The notes under the pieces: generated by a model
Told to the model about the DNA's origin: nothing
Databases searched by the model: none
Seen by the model: the letters and a program-made list of their open reading frames with translations, nothing else
Source of the DNA: Trichinella spiralis
Taxonomy: Eukaryota
DNA length: 64,000 nucleotides
Reading direction: 5' to 3'
Assembly: GCF_000181795.1 (NCBI RefSeq)
Contig: NW_003526943.1
Coordinates: 11,584,007 to 11,648,006, forward strand
Part shown: positions 1 through 11,856 of the stretch, in pieces
Layout: every line of letters starts with the position of its first letter
How positions within the stretch are numbered: the first letter of the stretch is position 1
Translations under genes and position numbers: made by a program

Positions 1-19
1 TTTTAGTTGAAATCGTGAA

Positions 20-1147
20 ATGGGTCCTAAGAAGCAAACTAATGGTATGTTATTTTTGTGTGATGTTACAAAAGTTATTCAATAAGTATATTGGTTAGCA
101 CCGGAGCCGGTTAAGTCAAAGGAAAAGAAACAGTCGAAAAGCAAATCATCTGATAAGCCAACAAAGAAAGAATTGCAGAAAAAATTGCCACAAACAAAGA
201 AAGACGTAAAGGAGAAGAAGTTAGTTAAGGGTAAAACTCAAGGCCCGAAGGATGCGAAAGGTCAGTGTTTTGTTTTTTTTCTGTTAATTCAAATATGAAT
301 TTCTGAAGCATTTTTTTGTTTGGAAAATCATTTGGTGCACAACGTCAATAGCATCATGCATTTGTTTTGTAAAAATGAGAATGGACTGATAGTTAAACTG
401 TCTGTTTTACAGTTTTGATTCTTTTGTTTTTTGAGGTTAATTGATAAAAATATTTAATTACATAAAAGTTAAAATTATTTTCTTTTACAGCTGTTGCTAA
501 GGCTGTGGCAGTTAAACGGCGAGTGGTAAAAGGAAATTATCCGACGAAACGTCGCAAAATTCGAACGTCTGTACATTTCCGGAGACCTTCGACACTTCGA
601 CTTCCCAGAAGACCTAAATATCCTCGCAGGAGTTCTTTTAAGAGAAACAAGTTAGATGTGTTTGTTTCCTTCAAATTTAAAATTTAATAACTAAATTTTG
701 CTGCCAGGTTGGATCATTTTGCAATTATTAAACATCCAGTTACAACTGAATCTGCTATGAAAAAGATAGAAGATAACAACACGCTTGTTTTTATTGTTCA
801 TTTGATGGCTAGCAAGCCAATGATTAAAGCTGCTTTGAAAAAACTGTACAATGTAGAAACACTGAAAGTGAACACGTTGATAAGGTAAAAATTTTTTTCA
901 TTGTTAACTTTTTAAGCGATCTCCGTATAACAGAATATGAATAAGTTGTACATATAATTATTTTATAATTGTTATATATTTTCTATAAATAGCTGAACGT
1001 ATTTTTAGACCCGATGGACAGAAGAAAGCATACGTTCGCCTTACTTCTGATTATGATGCACTGGATACAGCAAATCAGGTATTAATTTGTTTGTAAGCAT
1101 TGATAATATTTTTCATATAAAATACTTTTTAGATTGGAATAATATAA
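20..1147 (+). CDS. RPL23A: 60S ribosomal protein L23a (uL23); 6 exons (20-44, 99-260, 491-650, 708-884, 1009-1078, 1133-1147), 202 aa
   Basis: The spliced translation contains [54 protein letters not shown] and [28 protein letters not shown]. All introns are GT-AG with consistent phases. AATAAA lies at ~1185. Confidence 0.97.
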
Positions 1148-1797
1148 TTGTGAGAAACGCTGAAAAATTGAGAACATGTTTGATAATAAAAATTTACAAA
1201 GAATTATTATTCTGCTTGTTTAATATGTGGCTATTTTTGCCAAATTGCAAAGTTATTTCTTAAAGAAACTATCATTAGCGCAAAACAGTCCAAATTGATA
1301 TATTTTTTAAAATGCAAATTCATTGAAAATTTTAAAAGCTTGATGAAGTTCCCATGTACAGTATATTTATGAAACTCAAGTTTGTCTTATTGGATAAAAT
1401 GAAATTAACATATTTTTCGTTATTTTTTATTTGTTTTCGTTGTTCTTTTATTGCAATTTCAGTATAAGTATTACTTTGTGATGAAAAATATTTTTGAACA
1501 AGAACACATTTTGCATAATGTGAGAAAAATGATTTTTATGTAGACAACGAATTTCAAAAACTGATTGATTTGTTTATTCTTTTTCTAAAGCAGCACATTC
1601 AGATTTCCTTTTCATTATTAATTCAATCAATGTAATAGAAATCTACTCGCAGTGTTCAAGTTGGGCTTCTAAACCTGAGTTAATTTGAGGGATTCTATTA
1701 CTTCACTTTAAAATAAACTTGCATATTTGCATAAACTGTTCCGCAGGAATGAGAAAATCTAGGAATGGGCTAAGGCAAAAATTGTAATCTGTGCAAT

Positions 1798-2476
1798 CTA
1801 AAAAATGTACGTGTGCAAAAAGGGGCATTTATCAGAAGTAAGAGGGCATCCGTTTGGATGAGTGCTGTCGAACCAGCAGGGTTTTGTTTTTTTCATTTCC
1901 TTGTGCTTGATTTCGACCGTGCTCCAATCACGAAGCCGAACTTTTCCAGCTTGAACTGAAAAATAAATTTGAATTCGCGCGTTGAAAATTAATAACATTT
2001 CACCAGAAACGCAAAGTAAATTAATTTACTTTGAAATGTTTGGTGGTTATTTTTGAGCAGAGTCTTGAACCCTCCAAACATATTCTTCATCATCAGCTTC
2101 TCCTCAGCGTCCAACAACAACAGGCAGTCGCTTATTTTCGCTTCGCCACCCAAATTCCAAGTAAGCACTCTCTGCTTGTCCAACCTGATACGCTTCAAAC
2201 GTTTCGTTTGTAACAAATATGCGGCAATTCGATAAACCAGCTCGTCTGTGAAGCTGCGAGGAAGATGATTACAATTACGCGATGGATCATTTTCACCGGT
2301 GTTGGACTTTTTGTCCGAGTTGTCCGCAAGCTTTTCAATGGACGATACATGAAGTGGTCGACCACAAGGTTGGGACAACACCGCTTCAACCTTCAACTCC
2401 ACGTTCTCGCATGGCTTTTCACGACGACCAACGAAACAAATCTGCACAAAAATTATAAATATCAATTCTCAACAAG

Positions 2477-2533
<57 letters not shown>

Positions 2534-4530
2534 GTACCCTTTTTGTGGACGGGATGCGCAATAAATCTTGATTAATGCTGAAATCGAGCGAGTTCATGAT
2601 TTCCTGGATGTAAAGTAAGTAACTTCTGTAATGACTTTGCCCATTGTGCTGACGCTGATATTTGCCAAATAAATCATACGGACAACATGGGATGATGAAA
2701 GTGTTGCAATCATTGAGTCTATGAAAGAATCAAAATTACATTATGTTAATTTAATATGAAACAAAAATGCAAACTTTGTCGCCCAAATTGGAATCCAAGG
2801 TGTCAATTGATCCGCGTGATTGCTTATAATCCAATTCGGCTTGCCAAGCCAATCCAAATTGCCTGTGAAATCGATGCGCATTTCCTGAAAGTTCCAACAT
2901 TATTGTTTCACTTAAAAAATAGATTGATCATTCTCATTTGTGAGAAAAACCTTTAACTGTGAGACACTGGAGAATTTATCCCAAATATTACGCTTACGTT
3001 GATCCACACCGAAGCCAGAATGCTAAAATTGAAAGTTTGAAAAAAAAATATATTTTTTTCTTCTTCATTAATCGATACAAGCTTACCCCTTCTGAATTAA
3101 GTAGGTAGACTAAAAGCCCATTTCCACATCCCAAATCGACAAATGACTGCATTTCAGTTGTACCTTTTTCAATTCGTTCCTCTTCCCAAATTGTCTAAAC
3201 AAATCAAATGTTCACATACCACATATCAGATGTATGTATAGTAAGTATACAGATCGCGCATACCAACAAATATGCAGCAATTGATATATCTTCAAATACA
3301 GTCTTTTCTGCTGGAGAACGTTCTGTCCAATCCTGTTATTTAATAAAAGAATTAAAATGACAGTTTATAATTTGTTTTTTTATCATTATAAAAATAACAA
3401 TTCATTCATATTGCAGAATATCTGTGCAATATTAGAATAAAATTATTTGAAAAAGAAAAAAATATATATATATATTTCGCTTACGTTGATCAAGGAACGC
3501 GCATAGTTGGCCTTCAATTTACGATAATGTGTCCAGAAACGTTCCTGATTTACTAGTGATAATGTGTTGGACAATTTCAAGCTGCCTTTCTTGTGGGATA
3601 TCCATCTGTGCATAGCTTTCAACAGTTTACAACTGAAAATCTCCAACAATTTTTGATCATCATCATCAACAGCACCTTCTGATTCAGACGTTTCAAAAAC
3701 AAATGCTTGGAGAATTCTCACACTGAATTACACACACAAAATTATTTTTACTTCAAGTACACAAATTTCAATATAATAATAGAGGGAAGAAAAAAATTTT
3801 TTTGATACCCGTCATCTTTGTCGGTATTCATTTCCACACCGTATGGTCGACTGTAAAAGCAATGCTCGCTGTCATCCGATGTTGGAACACAAATAAACCG
3901 ATCGTCACCTTAATGAACAAAACAAAATAAAAATAATGAAAATAAAATGAATATTTAACTGGTAAAAGAACAAAAAAAGATCACTTTTTATCTAACTTGT
4001 CATGAAACTAATAATAAAATACTACTGCACTTCAACATATTAACACTTAAAAATTAACTCATTAATTTTTTCAGTAAAACAAAAAATACTGTTAGAAAAT
4101 TTAAAAAATCTTCTTAATTTAAACTGTATTGTGCAAAAAAGGCAGATGATGAAGATGAAGAAGAGAGAGACGAAGAGAGGGAGAGGGGAGGAAAGGGTTT
4201 TTGATTTTGTAATAATAAATCAAGCTTAAATTTTGTCATTAAATTTATATTTAATTTACTTTCCCACATGTATTCGACGAAACATCCACCGGTACGGTCG
4301 ATCAATTTTCGCTTTCGAAACGTCCCACCGTCGGCCGTTGCACCGCAGCGTGTGAAAGTCGCCATCGTCCGCTCGGGTATGGAAGGATTTTCGACCGTGT
4401 CGACCCCTTTGATTCGTCGGTGAACCAGGTGGGGCTTTTTCCACCAGATTTGTACCACCGTGACAAAGTTTTCCAATTCAGAATCCGCACCGACAACTTC
4501 TTGGCCAACAATGCGACGGCTCAACTCCAT
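1798..4530 (-). CDS. TRMT44: tRNA (uracil-O2')-methyltransferase Trm44/METTL19 with C-terminal CCCH zinc finger; multi-exon, exact start uncertain
   Basis: Exons translate to DWTERSPAEKTVFEDISIAAYLL, SAM motif FVDLGCGNGLLVYLL and WIISNHADQLTPWIP (family NHSDELTPWIP). The terminal exon gives KTKPCWFDSTHPNGCPLTSDKCPFLH. Confidence 0.92.
2477..2533. repeat. (CA)n(TA)n compound microsatellite in a TRMT44 intron
   Basis: Seen directly in the sequence. Confidence 0.95.
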
Positions 4531-5023
4531 TCTGTCTACAAAAATGCCTCACAATGGCAAAGTGCAATCAACAAACTTCCAACAAATAAACAAACAAACA
4601 AACAAACAAAAGGATAACAGCTAAAACCATCCGGTGTCGACCGCGCGCAACATTTTCCAAATAAAATAAAAAATATGAAAATTATCTTTTAATAAAAAAT
4701 ATACATTATCTCTACTTGGGAAAAAAGGTTGACTCTTTTTTTTCTTTTTTGACAAATAGCACAGGTAACACTTTGAATACCCGCTCCATTTTCTGTTTTT
4801 TAAGCACAGCAACAACGTAACACTAGCAAAAATATTTCCTCCCCAGCATTAATCATTACAAACAGCCCTTCAACAACAACTGTCCAATTAGCAATCAACT
4901 TTTGTAAATAAATACTCGTATAATAACAATAATAAAATTTAAAGATAAAATAACGAAATTAAACCAAAAAGCAATTTGGAAATAATTTTAAATATGATTA
5001 AATTAATTGAAAATTAATGTAAT

Positions 5024-7037
5024 CTAATTATTATTATCAGTATCCAACTGAGCGGCAGAACTTTCGTATTCAACTAAATTCAAACTAGCGCAAAAACCAC
5101 ATCCGCTATCCATTTTTCGATGTGTTTTCCACAACTCATCCTTCTTATTCGACGACTTCTGCTTATATCTTCCGACTGACAGCACGTCGGTTCGGATTAG
5201 CCGATAGAACAGAATCACATTTATCACATTTAGTACGGCAATTGAAATACTGTAGTAGATCCAGAACCAGCTGGGCAGACGGTTCTTTTCGGTGAAAATG
5301 GCTAACGTCAACATGGTCAGAGGAATAAAGCGAAACGTGCAAAATGTTGCCAAATTGCAGGCAATGTTGATACGAACACAAAGCTGTTCACGAGAAAAGC
5401 CACCCATTTGCATCAACTTTCTGGCATGCAAAAATGCTGTGTTCACTTCCACCATCATCGCTACGATGCAATAGCCAACCGCGTGGACGGCTGTCACAAC
5501 GTACATTGTCGCAAACAATATCTATAATAAATAATGTAGTCACTTTTTCGTTAAAACACTGAAAATAAATTTGTTCATATTGTATATTCTTATTTATCCT
5601 GCTTTTCAAAAATACTGTAATTGAAAAACAATCACCGCACATTTGTCCAAAATTCTCCAAGTGATGTGTAAAAATAATTTTAACACCTTCATTTCACTAT
5701 ATTATCACACACACCTAAGAAAACTGAAACTCGACACACTGCACAAATTCCCAACAGTTCGTCAGTTCTCTACTACATACATACATACATACATACATTG
5801 CTCTTTTCCTGTCATTTATTTATGCATACAAATGCGTGAAGATTAAAAAAATTATTAATTATTGCACAATATACAAGATTTTAAACATAAAATTACAAAT
5901 AGAAAAAAAAACTTCTTTACTAAAACGGTTCGTCAACATTCATAATTGTTAGAATACATATCATCAAAATTTACATACATACATATACCACATTTTTTAA
6001 AATTATTTTACCACCCTGCTGTCACAAGGCTGCAGTTGAGCAGACTAAAAGTAAAAAAACTAAGCAATTATTAAAAATGTGCTAAACGGATTATTTAAAT
6101 TATAAAAAAAATTCACAGTTAATTTTTCAATTTGAATTTAATATCTAACTCAAATTTACAAATTAATGAATGCACTTAAATAATAAGTATAATTAAATAA
6201 TTAATTGAGCAATAATTTAAAAGGAATAAATAAAATCACAAAACTTCTACATACTGCAAAATGATGAAGAAGAACTTCTGCTTTTTCTCGAATCTTCCCG
6301 TGCCATACTATGTCACTAACGTCATAAATAAAATATGCTAGACAACAAAAAAAGAGCAAAAATTAATACTAAGCAAATTATTTTTTATGAAATTAAAAAT
6401 TTTCCAAAAAATCAAAATTCAAAAATGAATACCCGTTGCAAAGCAGCAAACACAGTATGTCGGCCAGTTGGAAAATAACATTAAATCTTCGCCGAGACCA
6501 TCATTCCAATAAAACCAAACACTAATGACAGAACATTGTTATTTCATTACACCGTACAAAAATTAAGAAAACATGCTAACACTATGAATCAAACTGAAAA
6601 AAAAAATTAAAAATTATTAGGTGTATTTTTTAATTTAGGTAATCCACTATACTTAGTCATGCGATAAACTTTTTAAAATATCATTAATTTTCTTCTAAAC
6701 ATTCATATAAACAATTCCTACGTCTATTTATTATAAATGCCGACGAAAAGAACTCAACCAAAAGTTTTAATGCTAAACAAATTTGGCCATCTTTTAAAAG
6801 TTGCCAAAAGCCGGAAACTTACCAAAGTAAAGTAGAACAACCAGTAATGGCAGCATGGAGAAAGGATACGAGCAAATTTTGCCAACGAAAGATACGCGAA
6901 CTACCGACAACGGTAACGGAATGTGGTACAGGAAAATTTTTCAAAATACACTTCAGAAATAAAAAAAACACAAAAAACAGAAAAACCAACGCAACGCCAA
7001 TTTTCCAACAGTTTGAATCAATTGAATGCACAAGCAT
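5024..7037 (-). CDS. TLC (TRAM/LAG1/CLN8) domain membrane protein, TLCD1/TLCD2-like; 4 coding exons
   Basis: Exons give RWQNLLVSFLHAAITG, CCFATGYFIYDVSD, EVLLHHFA and MMVEVNTAFLHARKLM (TLC motifs: S-x-x-H-A, GYFxYD, HH, E-x-N-x-x-FLH-x-R), with several hydrophobic helices. Confidence 0.88.
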
Positions 7038-7566
7038 CAATGTATACTTTACATGCAAAATAGAATAGCAGAACTGACACAATTGTAATATTGATTAGAT
7101 TCTAAATTTAACACTTATATACAACGTCGAAGGCATATTTACAATTCTTTAGGATATCACAAGTTGAATCATCAACCGACTGAAACATTTCGCTTAATCA
7201 CTATTTCGATGTCAATCGCTCATTTACAACACCATGCAGCTCAACCATACCAAACAGGCTGCAACAACAGCTGAATCATTTTTCAACTGTTTATAAAATT
7301 TCAATTTATTATTAAACTTTTGCAAACGTAAATTCACCCTCCACACAAATGTTCCATATTTATTAATGAAAAAAACAGGTCACAGTATACACCACTTACA
7401 GGATTTTCAAGATTAATCTTTAAAAAATTTCAAAAAAATGACAACCACCCAAGTGGTATTAAAAAAATTTTTTTCAATGCAGTATGCATTAAAAAATAAA
7501 ATTCTTAACATAAATTGAGCGTCTCATTTTGAAACACGAATTGCAGGAAAGAATGGAACTCTTCGA

Positions 7567-7650
7567 TTGGGCAAGGAAAAGATACTATGATTGGCTTAGC
7601 AACATTTCTTTTTTTGAGTAAGCGTGAACACTTTGCGCGCGGCATTTAAA
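7567..7650 (-). promoter_or_regulatory. Putative promoter of the TLC-domain gene: two CCAAT boxes, an RFX half-site and an E2F-like GC element
   Basis: On the + strand, ATTGG occurs at ~7567 and ~7590, TAGCAAC at ~7597-7603 and TTTGCGCGC at ~7632. A candidate non-coding exon donor (rc GTAAGT) lies at ~7394-7399. Confidence 0.35.
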
Positions 7651-8272
7651 TTGATTTTTCATGTTATGTTCTTCTTCAAAAACTTAACATGAAATTACTA
7701 TTTAAACCAATTGTTATTATTGTTGTTGAAAATTAAATATACATCAAAAATTCGACATATTTCCTTCTCCATGTTTCTTGAGGAAAATGTTATCTTCATG
7801 CATTTCAGTCAATCAAATCCACTATTTTTCTGCTTAGAAGAGCTAAATTTCATTTATTCAGACATTTGAACTAAAATTGCATTTATGTTACAGATCATAA
7901 CGCTGAACTGCAACTTTTTATCAACCATTATGTCCATTTCTCCAGATTCATATGTAAAAAATTTATATTAAGATTTAATTTTTTTCAGCCAAAAATGCCA
8001 GTCACTTTTTCAAAAATACATCACAAATAGTTGATGAAATAAAATCATTATTAAATATATGCATTTAAATATTTTATTCAATATCAAACTTCATTTTTCT
8101 TTTACTGTCTATTAATGCGTATAAATTTGATATAACTGAAATGCGCATCTTCAATTTAGCAAATAAAAAAAATGTGGTAAATCAATGCAAATAAACAGTG
8201 TAAAAATAAATAGTATAAATGCAAACCGTCAGAAATTGCATACTGCAATGCTAATTCACAAGTTCTGCCTAT

Positions 8273-10550
8273 TTAAGACGATCCACCGATGAAAATAGCA
8301 GGTGGAAGGCTCTCCATTTTCTTTAAACGATCCACCACAGGTTTGTAATCTTGCATCAATCTTTCAAAAGCTTCTTGCAAGACTTTGTAACGTTCGCTGC
8401 GATCCTTCTTTATCAAGCTGTTTTTCACGTTCATATCCAAATTTCCTTGTATGCCTTCCAAATCAGCTTGTTCTATCTAAAATATAAAAAACAAAATTAC
8501 ATTAAATTAAAAATTAAATTTAAATTCACAAAGGGATTTTTAGAATGTACAACAACAAATGCCTTACATTGTAAATTTTCATGATGTTGCGCTTCACATC
8601 TAACCGATAAGCTTTGAATTCATTTTTATCAAACATGTTGGTGCAACCAAGACGCAAAATTTCATAAACACGTCTAGCCTGTTTCTATGATCAAGATTAT
8701 TTCAAAAAGTATAATATGAATATTTGAAAAATTGAAATCGAACATACGCAATGGATTTTCAACTTTTTCAACGCCTCCAATGCCATATCATTGGTAAAAC
8801 CGCCTTTCAAATTTTCTGGTTGAAATAAAGACAACCCACTGCAATTTTTCGCATCAATAAAATCACGCAATTTTAAAAATTCGTTAACTGGATCTTCAAC
8901 TGCAAGTAAAATAAATAAAATTCAATTTTATCGCAAAAAAAAATAATATAAATTATATACCTGTAATTTCCAAAACGCGAGGCTCGCAACGAAGAGCATT
9001 CAAAACACTTTGCAAAAACTTTGCACCATGTCCTTTTTTTTGAAATGGTGGAAAAATAAAAAACTGTCTAAAATTCAAAAAACAAGCAATTACAAATAAA
9101 AATGAAAAAATATACAGCAAATTCTCCTTATATACCCAATACGAGAACGAATACCATCCGGGTATGCATAAAAATCATACACACTGCAGTATCCCATTGA
9201 TGCATAATAAACTCGGCCATTATTTGTCACTTTTTCGAGTCTTCAATAAAACACAGATTAAAAAAAACTCAATCAAAATATTCTTTCCAATACAAAACAA
9301 AGTAGTGCCAACATTCGTCATTTGTATCAGTAAAACTTAATCCTTCAATAAACCAAAGTGCACAATACTGCATTCTTTTCAAATATGCCAGAAAACTTTC
9401 ATTCGGCTTGGCGACATGATAGATTTCAAAAGTCTTCTTTTTCTCATCTAAATAAAATTTAACTATATAAAAAAATAATGGTGAAAATAAAAAATGAATT
9501 TCATTTCAATTTAATATACTCATCTATCATAACAATCCTTTTTAATACTACTATAACTGTGCTGAAAAATAAATTTTAACAATAAAATAATCTCAGAAAA
9601 TGATATATTTTGGGTGGTTAGTTGTGAAAGTAAAAGAAAAAAACAATCTCAAATTTAAAATAAGATTCAAACGATATGGATCTCTAAATTTAGCACAAAT
9701 TTGACAAAACAATAATTTGATGCCTCGATAAAAGAAATGTCAGTGTTAATCAGATCAACTTATTGCACGAACAAATTATTAAGGAAATAATTTTAAAAGG
9801 ATCAAGAAAAAAACAAGCATTTAGAGAAATGCAAATTTTAAAAATTATACAACTTCATGATCAACAAATTTTGGCAGATTTAACAGCAAAATCAAAATAT
9901 ATCAAATAATATTACCCTCTTCACTTGTATAGCTATAAATCAGTTCACCGTACGGCTTAAAATCCCACTGATCATGAACAGCATTCTTGAAATCATGCGT
10001 GACCAACGAATCCTCAGGCAAACATTTCTTCATAAACTTTCCAATATCATCACACTAATAATAAAAAAAAATAAATATAAAAAGAAATGGGCGATACAAA
10101 GCAGTACCGTGCCCCTGGAACCAGAAGGTGCTTTCATTTCGAAGTCGTAATCAATGTTTATTTTCAAATCACAAGCCGAAAGTAGTATTCGGATATCGAC
10201 CATATTATAACCAAATATCACTTCACTAAAACAGCTTATGTAAACAGTTGAAATTCGATGCAAAAGTTGCACTTACTCTGTTTCAAATATTGCACTTGCA
10301 TATCTAGGCTTGAACCAATTTCTTTCGGATTCAAATCCATCCGGTGGAACTAAAAAATTGAACACTATTATGCAAAAGTATTTTTAAAGAAATTAAAATA
10401 ATGATAAATCACTGCAAAGAAATAATCAATCCAACAATAAAACAAAAATAATGGAAAACTCAACTTACCCAAAGCAAATCGAACAGCTTCCACAGCCATA
10501 ATGCTGTCAGGAACAGATACTTCCATTCGAAAGTTTCTATCAAGATCCAT
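8273..10550 (-). CDS. HAT1: Histone acetyltransferase type B catalytic subunit HAT1; multi-exon
   Basis: Exons give EVIFGY, FKPYGELIYSY, LWFIEGLSFTDTNDECWHYF, FYAYPDGIRSRIGQFFIFPPFQKKGHG (acetyl-CoA motif A), EITVEDPVNEFLKLRDFID and KQARRVYEILRL. Confidence 0.95.
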
Positions 10551-11259
10551 ACTGAGATATGAAAATTCAGCTGATGTAAGTTTATTCGAGTTATGTGCTA
10601 AATAAAATTTATAAATTCTTCAATTTCAGAATTTATATGAATAACATGCTCATGTACATATAAAAATCTAACTCGAGTAATTTCAAATTGTACAAATCTT
10701 AATAGTTACCACTTGATTATGATAAATAACGACTTTCTTATGAATATCCTTTGAAATTTGTGGGTCAACAACAATCTTAATGAACAACTTCCGCATACAG
10801 GGTAATCATTAATTTTCAAGTACAATTTTTCAAATTTTAACTCATTTAAAGAAGAGTCTAGAAAATGATTAAATGTTAAAAAGGTGAATATAAATAATAA
10901 ATAATAATTCAAAATTTGTCATGATTGTCAAATTAACAGTGCAGTGGCAGGCAAAATTTTTAACACTTTCTTACTGGTAAAATTGTGTTAGTGATAATTT
11001 CAAATACTTTCAATAAAATAATTTTAAATATTTCCCATGCATAAAAAATAATTAATATAATTTTAAAATATTAAGTTTTATCATTAATAAGAGAGAATTT
11101 ACTTTGATTTTCATGATGTTAAAAAAATAGAAATTCTTTGCGTGAATTTATACGTGAAAATCATTAGTTGTCGTTTTAAAGTTTACTTTTTTCAAGTAAA
11201 ATGTTTTCAATTTATATTTAAATTTGTTTTATTGTGAGATGTAAAATAAAAATAGTTAA

Positions 11260-11582
11260 ATGGTGAATTCAGTTAAATCAGCATTCAAGCATGCGAAACG
11301 TTCTCATTCACGTTCTCAAAGCTGTTCCAGAAACAGAAGCGATACATCCCATTCACTGATAAATCGAATAAATGAAAAGAGAATAAGATCAACAAGAAGA
11401 AGCGGATCTCGTGTAAATCGACAACGCCCACATTCCAAAAGCTACTCTAGAAAGAGAAGTGATGCATCCCGTTTGTCGAAAAGATGAGGAAGCGTGTGTT
11501 TCATGGAATTCTATCTGGTCGATCGATGTCTTCAAAGCACAGGAGAAGCATGAAACGGTCTAACAGTAAAGCTTGGCGCTGA
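11260..11582 (+). CDS. Small Arg/Ser/Lys-rich protamine-like (sperm nuclear basic protein-like) gene; 75-aa ORF (11260-11487) overlapped via ATGA by a 32-aa ORF of the same composition (11484-11582)
   Basis: ORF1 is MVNSVKSAFKHAKRSHSRSQSCSRNRS...RLSKR*. ORF2 is MRKRVFHGILSGRSMSSKHRRSMKRSNSKAWR*. AATAAA lies at ~11722. The assignment rests on composition only. Confidence 0.55.
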
Positions 11583-11856
11583 ACTGCAACGCCTTACGTC
11601 ATATTGAATTTGATTTTTCCTGGAACAACTCGTTGCAGACCTGCAACACTTGAAGACTAACAATGAGGATAATGATCAGAAAAGTAAGATGAATATTTAT
11701 TCAAAAATCGTCATTCATGGAAATAAAAAAGAAAAGCAAGACGCATTAATGTGCTTTTATTTTTATTTTTATCATATAATATCAACCGATAGTTTCTTTT
11801 TCAATTAACAGTCAGTTTAATTCCAGTCATTTAAAAATTGAATGAAATATTTATAA

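Noticed and set aside
261..490. Possible H/ACA snoRNA in RPL23A intron 2 (TGTAAAA/TTTTACA stem with ACA at 409-411)
   Set aside because: There is no ANANNA H box or convincing first hairpin, and the pocket-to-ACA spacing is non-canonical. It would need a snoRNA scan.
1654..1675. SL1-like 22-mer on the minus strand (GGTTTAGAAGCCCAACTTGAAC)
   Set aside because: It is only a partial match, is not followed by a GT donor or Sm site, and lies in the TRMT44 3' region.
6863..6870. U12-type 5' splice motif GTATCCTT (also at ~42125 and ~46715)
   Set aside because: These fall within continuous coding exons or on the non-coding strand. The introns I checked are ordinary GT-AG.
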